A stretch of DNA of 64,000 nucleotides from Candidatus Latescibacterota bacterium. GTDB lineage: Bacteria > Latescibacterota > UBA2968. Made by a program: the position numbers and the translations under genes. Of this stretch, positions 11,510-20,731 are shown piece by piece (position 1 is the first letter of the stretch; every line of letters begins with the position of its first letter). The notes beneath the pieces are model-generated. The model was not told the DNA's origin, did no database searches, and saw only the letters and a program-made list of their open reading frames with translations. The DNA lies in contig OZ241986.1 of assembly GCA_965204375.1 (NCBI GenBank), positions 4,160,001-4,224,000 of the forward strand, written 5' to 3'.

Positions 11510-12835
11510 ATGAACGACCAACCAAACATCTTATTTATGCACTCGCACAACACCGGAACCTATATTGAACCTTACGGACACGCCGTACCAACGCCACACC
11601 TGCAGCAACTGGCAGAACAAGGCGTACTATTTCGGCGGGCGTATGCCACAGCCCCCACCTGTTCGCCCAGCAGAGCCAGCTTCTTAACCGGCATGTACCC
11701 CCATACCTGTGGCATGACAGGCCTTGCACACCGCGGCTTTGCCATGACGAATTACGACTGGCATGCAGCCCGCATCTTCAAGACACATGGCTATTTTACC
11801 GCAACCGCTGGCGTGGAACACACCGCACCGGACCTGGACACCATTGGATACCGCGAAATCCTCTCCGGACTGGACACAAATTACCCCGGACAGCCCAAAT
11901 GGATCGAACCCGCGGATGCCGTCGTAGAATTCTTAAAAAACGCCCCCCAACACCCCTTCTTCCTCAACCTCGGCTTAAACGAAACGCACCGACCATTTCA
12001 CAGTGCCGAACCCGACAAATACCCCGCAGAACGCGAACAATACTGCATTCCCCCCCGTCCCCTGCCCGACACACCGGAAACGCGCGCCGACACAGCCGAC
12101 TACAAAGCCTCTGCGCGCATCATGGACAACCACTACGGCAACGTACTCACAGCACTCGAAGAAACCGGCCTATCAGACAACACCCTCGTATTCTGCTTTG
12201 CCGATCACGGCCTGCAATTCCCGCGCAACATGTGCAACCTCACAGACCACGGCATCGGCGTGTACCTCATCATACGCGGACCCGGCTTTGAAGGCGGAAA
12301 AACCCTAAACGCGATGGTCAGCTTGATGGACCTCTTACCCACGGCATATCGCGCTGCCGGCATTGAAATACCCGACCACGTACAGGGAAAATCTCTACAT
12401 CCTCTGATAGACGAGGACCGCCACCGGGAAGAAATCTTTTCAGAAGTCTCTTATCACGCCGCGTATGAACCCATGCGAAGCATCCGCACGGAGCGATACA
12501 AATACATTCGGCGATACGACAACCGCGACAAACTCGTATTGCCCAACGTGGATGACACCCCCACAAAAGCCTTCTTACTCAACCAAAACTGGGAAAAATT
12601 GCCGCGAGATCAGGAAATGTTATACGATCTTATATTCGACCCCGATGAAACGCACAACATCATCGACCGGGCAGACATGGCACCTGTGCGAAAAGATCTG
12701 AGCCATCGATTGTACGCATGGATGAAAGAAACGCATGATCCCCTGTTGCCAGACGGACACGTCGCTGCGCCGGGTGGTTCTAAAGTCAACAACTCCGATG
12801 GCCGTTCGCCGAAAGAGGTACCGGAGGAAGTGTGA
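11510..12835 (+). CDS. Sulfatase (N-sulfoglucosamine sulfohydrolase-like)
   Basis: QPNILF, PTCSPSRASFLTGMYPH, ETHRPF, ADHG; AAGGA RBS. Confidence 0.9.
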   Translation: MNDQPNILFMHSHNTGTYIEPYGHAVPTPHLQQLAEQGVLFRRAYATAPTCSPSRASFLTGMYPHTCGMTGLAHRGFAMTNYDWHAARIFKTHGYFTATAGVEHTAPDLDTIGYREILSGLDTNYPGQPKWIEPADAVVEFLKNAPQHPFFLNLGLNETHRPFHSAEPDKYPAEREQYCIPPRPLPDTPETRADTADYKASARIMDNHYGNVLTALEETGLSDNTLVFCFADHGLQFPRNMCNLTDHGIGVYLIIRGPGFEGGKTLNAMVSLMDLLPTAYRAAGIEIPDHVQGKSLHPLIDEDRHREEIFSEVSYHAAYEPMRSIRTERYKYIRRYDNRDKLVLPNVDDTPTKAFLLNQNWEKLPRDQEMLYDLIFDPDETHNIIDRADMAPVRKDLSHRLYAWMKETHDPLLPDGHVAAPGGSKVNNSDGRSPKEVPEEV

Positions 12836-13101
12836 AGGAGGAAGTGTGAAGGAGGAAGTGTGAAGGAGGAAGTGTGAAGGAGGAAGTGTGAAGGAGGAAG
12901 TGTGAAGTGTGAAGTGTGAAGGAGGAAGTGTGAAGGAGGAAGTGTGAAGTGTGAAGTGTGAAGGAGGAAGTGTGAAGGAGGAAGTGTGAAGGAGGAAGTG
13001 TGAAGGAGGAAGTGTGAAGGAGGAAGTGTGAAGGAGGAAGTGTGAAGGAGCACCAGCCTCTGGGAGTTGGGCGGGGCCTTCTCACTTCTCACTTCTAACT
13101 T
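12823..13101. repeat. Heptamer-arm element in inverted orientation: (GGAGGAA/GTGTGAA)n ~225 nt, core, (CTTCTCA)n
   Basis: Core GCACCAGCCTCTGGGAGTTGGGCGGGGCCTT is the reverse complement of the cores at ~25897 and ~27817. Confidence 0.92.
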
Positions 13102-13119
13102 TTATTAAGGAGGCACCCC

Positions 13120-14217
13120 ATGAAAATGCAAGCATCGCTACTCTATGAGCCGGGCAGGCCACTGGAAGTAGCCGACCTGGACCTGGAAGGACCAAAAGAA
13201 GACGAAGTCATGGTACGCATGATCGCCACTGGCGTATGTCACAGTTGTTTGCACGTCGTAGATGGAAGCTGGACCGGATATCCAATGCCCATGGTCCTCG
13301 GAGATGAAGGGGCTGGAATCGTCGAAGAAGTGGGACCTGGCGTTCGGCATGTAAAACCCGGCGACCACGTCATCCTATCCTGGGCACCCGCATGTGGGCG
13401 CTGTCACTACTGCGTAACCGGACTATCGCACTTATGTGAACACCAGATGCCGGGCAAAGGGGTATTGATGGACGGCACATCCAGAATGAAAATAAAAGGA
13501 CAAACCGTGTACCATTACGGACCTGCGTGCAGCTACGCCTCATACTCCGTCATGCCCGCCTCCTGTGCGGTCCCCATCCGAAATGACATGCCCCTCGAAG
13601 TAGCCGCACTAATCGGATGTTCGGTCATGACCGGTGTGGGATCCGTCATCAACACCGCAGCCGTAACGCCCGGAGCGAGCATGGCCGTATTCGGCACCGG
13701 GGGAATTGGCCTGAACGTCATACAGGGCGGTACCCTGGTACAGGCACACCCCATAATCGCAATAGACATCAACCCGGCCAAATTGGAATACGCAAAATCC
13801 TTTGGCGCGACGCATACCATCGACGCCAGCAAAGAAAATCCGGTCGAAGCCATAAAAGACCTCACCGGACGCGGGGCGGATTATTCATTTGTAGCAGTCG
13901 GCAACGCGCAAGTCATCAATCAAGCCTGGGACTGTCTCGCATCCAGAGGGCAGTGCTTACTCATCGGCCTGCCCCCAACCGGCTCCACTGTCACCTTCGA
14001 CACCGGCAGCCTCCAATCCAACGAACGCATCCTGCGCGGCTGCAGGTATGGAAGCGCGAGAACCTGGGACGACTTCCCGCGCATGGTAGAACTCTACCTG
14101 GCGGGCAAACTAAAAATCGACGAACTCGTAACCCGGCGATTTGACCTCGAAGGCGCCAACGAAGCATTTGACGCACTGGCGGCTGGAGAAGTCGCGCGGG
14201 GATTGATCGTTTTCTAA
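13120..14217 (+). CDS. Zn-dependent alcohol dehydrogenase (class III/MDR family)
   Basis: GVCHS, LGDEGAGIVEEVG, CGRCHYC..C, GCSVMTGVG, GTGGIG; AAGGAGG RBS. Confidence 0.93.
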   Translation: MKMQASLLYEPGRPLEVADLDLEGPKEDEVMVRMIATGVCHSCLHVVDGSWTGYPMPMVLGDEGAGIVEEVGPGVRHVKPGDHVILSWAPACGRCHYCVTGLSHLCEHQMPGKGVLMDGTSRMKIKGQTVYHYGPACSYASYSVMPASCAVPIRNDMPLEVAALIGCSVMTGVGSVINTAAVTPGASMAVFGTGGIGLNVIQGGTLVQAHPIIAIDINPAKLEYAKSFGATHTIDASKENPVEAIKDLTGRGADYSFVAVGNAQVINQAWDCLASRGQCLLIGLPPTGSTVTFDTGSLQSNERILRGCRYGSARTWDDFPRMVELYLAGKLKIDELVTRRFDLEGANEAFDALAAGEVARGLIVF

Positions 14218-14218
14218 A

Positions 14219-14635
14219 TCAAAGACTATCTACAGAACTGGAAGCGGAAAAAATATTGATAATAGCGCGTTGCGAGAGCGTATCTGAAAACGAAACCCGG
14301 GGAGAATCGGTCCGGCTCGTATCCATAACCGCAACTGGCGATTCGGGAGATCCTGTCGCCGCGGGATCGGGCTGCGACTGGCGGATACCCAAAACCGCAA
14401 ACAGGACAATCCCCATCGCAAAAGCCATCTGATAAACGGGCAAGCGCACCGGGAACCTGAGAGAACGCAACACATTGAACCCACTGCGTTCTCGCGCGGA
14501 CATCTGGGCAACAACAGCATTGCGAATCGCCGGATCGGGTTCAAGACCGCCGGACCCGGGAACCGCAAGCGCCTGCTTCAACACCCCATCTACACCCTCT
14601 TTATTGTCAAACTCGATAGGAATAACCCGCCTCAT
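14219..14635 (-). CDS. Putative membrane-anchored anti-sigma factor / hypothetical protein
   Basis: GAGGAG RBS, single hydrophobic helix, directly downstream of an ECF sigma gene. Confidence 0.55.
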   Translation of the reverse strand: MRRVIPIEFDNKEGVDGVLKQALAVPGSGGLEPDPAIRNAVVAQMSARERSGFNVLRSLRFPVRLPVYQMAFAMGIVLFAVLGIRQSQPDPAATGSPESPVAVMDTSRTDSPRVSFSDTLSQRAIINIFSASSSVDSL

Positions 14636-14645
14636 ATCCATCTCC

Positions 14646-15248
14646 TCATCCACACAGGGAATTTCGCCCCTGGAGTTTCTCTGCCAACTTCTGCGTAACA
14701 TGGTGCAGCCTCGATTTGACCGTCCCCTCGGGACACTGGAGAATCTGGCTAATCTCTCGAATACTGCGACACTCCTGATGCCGCAATAAAAACGTCGTAC
14801 GCTGATCCACACTGAGCTGATCCAACTCATCCATCAACGCCTGCAAAAAAGCCCGCTCATCGCACGCCTTCTCAATATCATGATCACCGTCAAACCACCC
14901 ACAATGCAGATCGATATCGGGATCATTAACCACAATTTTCCGCACACTCTGCTTGCGATACTCATTCTTGCACATATTGTGTGCAACCGTATAAAGCCAG
15001 GACGCAAACGCATGACCCCGCTTAAACCGGGCGGGCTTTTCGACAATCTTCAAAAACAAATCCTGGAGAAAATCCTGCGCCTTCTCCTCGTCCCCCCCCA
15101 GCATGCGATGAAAATAGTAAAGCATCCGCTTGCTATATCGGGCATAGAGTTCGTCAAACGCGGCCGTATCGCCCCGCTGAATGCGGGCCATGAGCTTTTC
15201 ATCGGAAAGCGTGTGATATTTTCTCGGGAACATAAAAACCCAAACCAT
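14646..15248 (-). CDS. RNA polymerase ECF sigma-70 factor
   Basis: SDEKLM..GDTAAFDELYARY, AQDFLQDLFLK, SWLYTVAHN, EISQILQCPEGTVKSRLH. Confidence 0.93.
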   Translation of the reverse strand: MVWVFMFPRKYHTLSDEKLMARIQRGDTAAFDELYARYSKRMLYYFHRMLGGDEEKAQDFLQDLFLKIVEKPARFKRGHAFASWLYTVAHNMCKNEYRKQSVRKIVVNDPDIDLHCGWFDGDHDIEKACDERAFLQALMDELDQLSVDQRTTFLLRHQECRSIREISQILQCPEGTVKSRLHHVTQKLAEKLQGRNSLCG

Positions 15249-15420
15249 GCGTGATTTACTGCGCGTCTCTACCTATTGCATACACCTGACATTGCCAAAA
15301 AGTTCAAACTTTTTTATTCAGCGTTAAAAATGGGTTGCCTTACTTGACACAAAAAGACATATTTTCTTAACGCAGGAACGGTAAATGAGCACTCAGGCAA
15401 TACCCTACAAGGAGTAATAC

Positions 15421-15843
15421 ATGGAAGCCACCATTACAAAGCCACCAGAGGAAGAAGCTGCTTCTCGATTGCTTTATCATTGTTGGAGGGGTCGATTTGA
15501 TGACAAACATGAAGCGTTTAGCTTTCCCGGTATTACAGAAGGAATGAGTGAAAAAGTATTAAAAGACACTGAACAGCCAGTCAACACATTCCAAATTGAT
15601 TTGCCATTAACGACTGGAAAGTGGCCTATCGTTTTTGAAGAATTTGTAGATGGATGGGTAGTGTTTTTTAAGGATTTTCCGAGTATTATCGCCAGTAGTG
15701 ACGATGGCAGTTTGGAAGATGCGCTGGACAGTTTAGCAGATATTGTGCTTGACGATTTTCAAATCATGGAAGAATACAAAAACAACGTTTCTTCATATAT
15801 GAAGAAACGGCATCAATTCTTAAAAAAGGTTTTCAAAACATGA
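15421..15843 (+). CDS. HicB-like antitoxin with N-terminal extension
   Basis: PIVFEE..GWVVFFKDFPSIIA..GSLEDALDSL pattern; AAGGAG RBS; ATGA overlap with the next gene. Confidence 0.6.
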   Translation: MEATITKPPEEEAASRLLYHCWRGRFDDKHEAFSFPGITEGMSEKVLKDTEQPVNTFQIDLPLTTGKWPIVFEEFVDGWVVFFKDFPSIIASSDDGSLEDALDSLADIVLDDFQIMEEYKNNVSSYMKKRHQFLKKVFKT

Positions 15844-16115
15844 ACTTGCAAGAACATCGAAGAAAGGTGCTTGTAAAGCTCGGATTTGTTAAAAAAGGCG
15901 GAACGAAACATGAAAGATGGATACTTATGGATGATGAAGGAACGCCATACGCAACAACGCGTGTGAGTCGCAATAAGCGTGATATTGGACCTACTCTCAG
16001 AAGATTATTCTGCGGTGAATTGCACATCTCAACAAAACAATACACGGAAATTGCATCATGCAACATGTCAAAAACCGATTATTACAATCATCTGCTTAAT
16101 AATGGAATTATATAA
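15840..16115 (+). CDS. HicA-like toxin
   Basis: LVKLGF..GGTKH..W, RDIGPTL..ELHIS; small and basic. Confidence 0.6.
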   Translation: MNLQEHRRKVLVKLGFVKKGGTKHERWILMDDEGTPYATTRVSRNKRDIGPTLRRLFCGELHISTKQYTEIASCNMSKTDYYNHLLNNGII

Positions 16116-16134
16116 CCTGTGTCGTGCGGAACAC

Positions 16135-16180
16135 AAAAATCGGGCTTGTTATGTTGGTAAGCCCGATTTTTTATTTTTTT
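16135..16180. terminator. Bidirectional intrinsic terminator
   Basis: AAAAATCGGGCTT...AAGCCCGATTTTTT. Confidence 0.8.
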
Positions 16181-16649
16181 ACTGCGTAACATCAGCTTCC
16201 ACGACAAATTTGACCTTACAGTTCACAATATGCAATAACGCCAGCAGTTGCCGAACAGATTTTCGATAATTGGTCTGGTCCAGAAGGCGGTAGTATTGCG
16301 CGGGTGACGTACCGAGCCGACGAATAATCTCACGGGTACTCAACGGCGATTTCTCCACAGCCTCCCGAACCCGACACGTCAACTCATAGAGCAACAAATC
16401 TGCCATATAGCCGGGATCGCGATTGTATTCGAGCACATGATCAATGTGAACCGTCCCCTCATCTCCAGAAGCGAGCACATAGACAAACCCCTCATTGTCC
16501 AACTCCGGATCCACATAAACGTTGACAACCCAGCGCCCTTTTTGCGGTATTGGTCGCACAACCGCATAGGGAAACACATAGGTATTATTGTACGTATGAA
16601 CTTCAAAAGCCTTCTTCCGATTATTCGGCACAACTCTTCGAATTTTCAA
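16179..16649 (-). CDS. Putative antitoxin (DUF2442-like N-terminus + C-terminal HTH)
   Basis: C-terminal LSTREIIRRLGTSPAQYYRLL HTH-like segment; overlaps the DUF4160-like gene. Confidence 0.65.
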   Translation of the reverse strand: MKIRRVVPNNRKKAFEVHTYNNTYVFPYAVVRPIPQKGRWVVNVYVDPELDNEGFVYVLASGDEGTVHIDHVLEYNRDPGYMADLLLYELTCRVREAVEKSPLSTREIIRRLGTSPAQYYRLLDQTNYRKSVRQLLALLHIVNCKVKFVVEADVTQ

Positions 16650-16840
16650 AGCATTCCCCTATCTTGCAATTCTTGGATATATCGTAAAATTTGACCCGTA
16701 GGCTTGCCCTTCATCGCCCTATTATTTTCCAAATCCCATTTCACAACCAGCTTGCCCGACCAATAGACGTGAACATGTCTTGGGGGATGGTCGCCAGCCC
16801 AAAACACAAAAATGAAATTTCCTCGCCGAATTCTACCCAT
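16646..16840 (-). CDS. DUF4160-like small putative toxin
   Basis: DHPPRHVHVY motif, 64 aa. Confidence 0.75.
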   Translation of the reverse strand: MGRIRRGNFIFVFWAGDHPPRHVHVYWSGKLVVKWDLENNRAMKGKPTGQILRYIQELQDRGML

Positions 16841-16875
16841 TCTTAAATGTAACCATATAAGGTTACACTTGTCAA
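16841..16875 (-). promoter_or_regulatory. Sigma70 promoter (probably leaderless) with operator palindrome
   Basis: TTGACA-18nt-TACATT-5nt-ATG; palindrome TGTAACC-N6-GGTTACA at 16848-16867. Confidence 0.7.
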
Positions 16876-16994
16876 GAGCGGCAAAAAATTTTCATTTATA
16901 AAGTTCAAATTTTTTCTATTTTTTATTTATATTGAGTGGGTGTATGTCATTGTTTTTTGATCTATGCAACCCCTCAATTCAACCGGAGGCAATC

Positions 16995-18104
16995 GTGGAA
17001 AGCGTAAAACGTCGCGACTTCATAAAAAAAGCTGGCCTTGCCGGCGGTGCTGCATTCTTGGCGGGCTGTGCATCCCCACAGGAAACCGGGGCACCTGCTG
17101 TACAAACGCGCAAAAAATACGAATGGAAAATGGTCACAACCTGGCCGCCTCATTATCCCATCCTGGGTGACGCGGCTAATCATATTGCCAAATGGACGGA
17201 AGAAATGTCGGAAGGCCAACTCAAAATACAGGTCTATGGCGGCGGCGAACTGATCCCACCCCTGGAAGGATTTGAGGCCGTAAGCACGGGAACAGCGGAA
17301 ATGTGTCACGGCGTATCGTATTATTGGGCTGGAAAAGCACCGGCGACGCAATTTTTTGCCTCTGTACCCTTTGGCATGAACGCCCAACAGATGAACGCCT
17401 GGATCCTCAGCGGCGGAGGCCTCGCCTTATGGGAAGAACTCTACGCGCCATTTAACCTGCTGCCGATACCCGCTGGCAACACCGGCATGCAGATGGGCGG
17501 ATGGTTTAACCGCGAAATCAACGCAATAAGCGACTTACAGGGCCTCAAAATGCGTATTCCAGGATTAGGGGGCAAAGTCATCTCCAAAGCTGGCGGATCG
17601 GCAGTCTTATCGGCGGGTGCAGAAATTTTCACCAATCTGGAGCGAGGCGTCATTGATGCAACGGAATGGATTGCTCCCTTTCACGATTTTATGATGGGGT
17701 TTCACAAAGCCGCGAAATACTATTATTACCCCGGCTGGCATGAACCGGGCACCACGACAGAACTGATCATCAACAAATCCGCCTTTGAGGGCCTGCCCAA
17801 ACACCTGCAAGCAATTGTGCGAACCGCCACAGCGCGAGTAAATACATGGGCACTATCGGAGTTTGAAGCAAAAAACAATGCGTTTCTGAAAATCCTGACA
17901 GAAGATCACAATATAATATTGAAAAAATTCCCAGACGAAGTCCTCAAAATACTTCACAAATATTCAGAGGAAGTCATAGATGAAGTCGTCACGGCCGATG
18001 CCATGAGCAACAAGGTGTTTGCATCTTTTGAGGCATTCCGCAACAGAGTAAAGGGCTGGGCGGCGATATCGGAGAAAATCTATTACTCGGACTTGAGTGG
18101 ATAA
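16995..18104 (+). CDS. dctP: TRAP transporter substrate-binding protein (DctP/TakP-like), Tat signal
   Basis: KRRDFIK Tat motif; WKMVTTWP, GNTGMQMGGWFNREI, GLKMRIPGLGG, YYYPGWHEPG; GGAGG RBS before GTG. Confidence 0.93.
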   Translation: MESVKRRDFIKKAGLAGGAAFLAGCASPQETGAPAVQTRKKYEWKMVTTWPPHYPILGDAANHIAKWTEEMSEGQLKIQVYGGGELIPPLEGFEAVSTGTAEMCHGVSYYWAGKAPATQFFASVPFGMNAQQMNAWILSGGGLALWEELYAPFNLLPIPAGNTGMQMGGWFNREINAISDLQGLKMRIPGLGGKVISKAGGSAVLSAGAEIFTNLERGVIDATEWIAPFHDFMMGFHKAAKYYYYPGWHEPGTTTELIINKSAFEGLPKHLQAIVRTATARVNTWALSEFEAKNNAFLKILTEDHNIILKKFPDEVLKILHKYSEEVIDEVVTADAMSNKVFASFEAFRNRVKGWAAISEKIYYSDLSG

Positions 18105-18119
18105 CTGCGGATCACACTG

Positions 18120-19439
18120 CTATTCTATCAAATACCGCGGAAGAGAGGTCGCCATTTCGGGGAAGGTAATCACGAGCGTCACGCCAATAAGCTGAATAAT
18201 AATAAACGGAATAATCCCCCGATAAATATGACCCGTGCGGACTTCGGGCGGCGCGACCCCCTTCAGATAGAAAAGCGAAAAACCAAAAGGCGGGGTCAAA
18301 AAAGAAGTCTGCAAATTCATCGCAATCAGAATCCCCAACCACAGGAGATTGACATCCAGCGCGACAAAAATAGGCGCGACAACCGGAACAATAATAAACG
18401 TAATCTCGATAAAATCGATAAAAAATCCCGCCACAAAAATCATAACCATCACAAGCGCGAGAAACTCTCCCGGACTCATGTTCGCCGAGAGAATGAGATT
18501 GGTCAAATAAGCATCGCCGCGCATACCGCGAAACACCAGACCAAACGCCGTCGCACCAACCAGAATAATAAAAACCATACACGTCAGATGGGTCGTCTCC
18601 GCCATCACGGACTTCAGTGTCCGATATGAAAATTTCTTTTGCACCACCGTCAAAATCGTCGCGCCAAACGCGCCCACCGCTGCCGCCTCGGTAGGAGAAG
18701 CAAAACCCGCAAAAATAGAGCCGAGTACCGCAAAAACGAGAAGAGCGGGCAGAACAAACGCATTGAAAACGCGCTTCACCATCGCTATGCCGCGAAATTG
18801 GGCGAGTTCTTCTTCGGGCATAGCGGGCGCCCAGTCGGATTTGAAAATCGCAATAAAAATAAGATAGACCATATAAAGGCCAACCAGCACGAGACCGGGA
18901 AATACCGCGCCCAGGAACATATCCCCGATAGACACATTGAGGATGCTACCCAGGAGCACCAGCACGATACTCGGTGGGAGAATTTGCCCAAGCGTGCCCG
19001 ACGCCGAAATCGTCCCCGCAGCGACCTCGGCACGGTATCCCCTCTTCAGCATCGTCGGCAAGCTCAACAAGCCCATCGTGACAACGGTTGCCCCCACAAT
19101 CCCCGTAGATGCGCCGAGCATCGCACCCACAGCGACAACGGAAAGTGCCAGCCCACCGCGCAACCGACCAAAAAGCAGGGCCATCGTCTCCAGCAATTCT
19201 TCCGCCAGCCCGGACTTCTCTAACATCACCCCCATAAACACAAACAAAGGCACGGCAATCAGCACATAATTGGTCATCACCCCCCAGATACGCAGGGGCA
19301 AAAGATTAAAAAAGGTGGGACCAAACGTGAAGTAGCCGAGAATAAAAGAAACACCGCCAAGAGTGAAGGCAACGGGAAATCCGAGCAGAAGAAGGAGGAA
19401 GAGGACGCCAAAGAGAATCAAGGGCATAGCTTCGATCAT
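18120..19439 (-). CDS. dctM: TRAP transporter large permease
   Basis: AVPLFVFMG, GTLGQILPPS, SPTEAAAVGA, TSFLTPPFGFSLFYL. Confidence 0.95.
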   Translation of the reverse strand: MIEAMPLILFGVLFLLLLLGFPVAFTLGGVSFILGYFTFGPTFFNLLPLRIWGVMTNYVLIAVPLFVFMGVMLEKSGLAEELLETMALLFGRLRGGLALSVVAVGAMLGASTGIVGATVVTMGLLSLPTMLKRGYRAEVAAGTISASGTLGQILPPSIVLVLLGSILNVSIGDMFLGAVFPGLVLVGLYMVYLIFIAIFKSDWAPAMPEEELAQFRGIAMVKRVFNAFVLPALLVFAVLGSIFAGFASPTEAAAVGAFGATILTVVQKKFSYRTLKSVMAETTHLTCMVFIILVGATAFGLVFRGMRGDAYLTNLILSANMSPGEFLALVMVMIFVAGFFIDFIEITFIIVPVVAPIFVALDVNLLWLGILIAMNLQTSFLTPPFGFSLFYLKGVAPPEVRTGHIYRGIIPFIIIQLIGVTLVITFPEMATSLPRYLIE

Positions 19440-19960
19440 GCATCCACCTCCTCATCCTGCCCGAGAATCGTGAGCAAAGACCGACACGCCAGAGCCAGGC
19501 CCTGAAGCAAAAGAAAGAAAAAACCGAGGGGAATAGCCGCTTTGAGCACCCATCGGGCGGGCAGGCCACCCGGATCGGGTGATATTTCGCCGATGCGGAA
19601 GGCATTGGCGACAAAAGACTGCGAACTGACAATGACAATCATGCAAAAAGGGATGAGAAATAGGAGGCTGCCAAAGAGATTCACGCACGCTTGTTTGCGG
19701 CGAGAAAAGCGGCTGTAGAACAGATCGACGCGCACATGGTTGTCGTGCTTGAGCGAATACGCGGCACCGATGAGAAAGATGAGGGCAAACAGATGCCATT
19801 GAAGTTCCTGAACAGCAACCAGACTATTCTTCAACAAATACCGGGTAAAAACATCGTAACACACCACCGCCACCAGCACAGCGGTAAGCCACGCAATCGC
19901 CCTGCCAACGCGCTCATTTAATCCATCGACAAATCGGATATATGCTCTTAACACCTGCAA
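19436..19960 (-). CDS. dctQ: TRAP transporter small permease
   Basis: QELQWHLFA, HVRVDLFY, SPDPGGLP; four TM segments. Confidence 0.93.
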   Translation of the reverse strand: MQVLRAYIRFVDGLNERVGRAIAWLTAVLVAVVCYDVFTRYLLKNSLVAVQELQWHLFALIFLIGAAYSLKHDNHVRVDLFYSRFSRRKQACVNLFGSLLFLIPFCMIVIVSSQSFVANAFRIGEISPDPGGLPARWVLKAAIPLGFFFLLLQGLALACRSLLTILGQDEEVDA

Positions 19961-19993
19961 AATACGCTCCTGAAACTCGAGTTACCTGGAAAA

Positions 19994-20260
19994 TCACCCT
20001 TCCATTGCCTGCTGAATTTCATCTATCGTTGGCTCATCGCCAGGCTGCGTTTTTTGTAGAAAATCTCCAAATTTAGCGATCACAAGGTCAGGATTTTTTC
20101 CACTCAGACGACTTTTCATCCACTCGATAGTTTCATCCTGTTGGACAGCAGCTTGAAGCCAATAGTTTACCAAACTGTTAAAAGACATATTTTTCTTTTT
20201 TGCCAGCCGCATCGCTTTGTCCTTTAGTTCGTCCGGCAATCGTACAGAAATCGCGCTCAT
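19994..20260 (-). CDS. Ribbon-helix-helix (CopG/HicB-like) antitoxin
   Basis: SVRLPDELK..A.K.NMSFNSLV; GGAG RBS. Confidence 0.75.
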   Translation of the reverse strand: MSAISVRLPDELKDKAMRLAKKKNMSFNSLVNYWLQAAVQQDETIEWMKSRLSGKNPDLVIAKFGDFLQKTQPGDEPTIDEIQQAMEG

Positions 20261-20276
20261 AGTCTGTCTCCATCGG

Positions 20277-20579
20277 CTATAGATACAGGTCACAGAATTG
20301 TTGAGGAGTCAAAACTACCAGATCTGGAAATCTCAACTCACCTGTTCGAAAGTCTGTAACATTTTTTGTTATCACTAAAGCGTTGGTTGCAACAGCCGCT
20401 TCTAATACAAAATTGTCCTCTTCATCGGGCAGGTTTGGACGCCATAAATAAAAGACTTCAGATGGAACTGTTGCCTTTTGAATATTCTGAAGAATTTTGA
20501 AACTGGGAGAGTCTATACGGCGACATAGTCCAGCTACAAGTACATTTGTATCGAGAACGACCAGTGGCGGCGTTGCCAA
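20277..20579 (-). CDS. PIN-domain toxin, apparently internally shortened
   Basis: VVLDTNVLVAG, WRPNLPDEEDNFVLEAAV, ITKNVTDF; only 100 aa. Confidence 0.75.
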   Translation of the reverse strand: MATPPLVVLDTNVLVAGLCRRIDSPSFKILQNIQKATVPSEVFYLWRPNLPDEEDNFVLEAAVATNALVITKNVTDFRTGELRFPDLVVLTPQQFCDLYL

Positions 20580-20731
20580 GTTATCATCCCTTAAGCGATA
20601 AGTGGTTGCTTGCCTAACGTCGATAATATAAATAAATTCACAAAGTAAGCGACAAAATATGATCCTTGATACAGAATCATATTTTGTGTAAATTTAATTT
20701 GTCATTTTGAATTTACACAAAAAACGCGCCC

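Noticed and set aside
12610-13092. ORFs encoding (LHTSSFTLPPSHFL)n; similar ORFs at 36433-36762 and 23175-23541
   Set aside because: They are open only because the tandem repeats lack stops in those frames; no RBS and no protein-like complexity.
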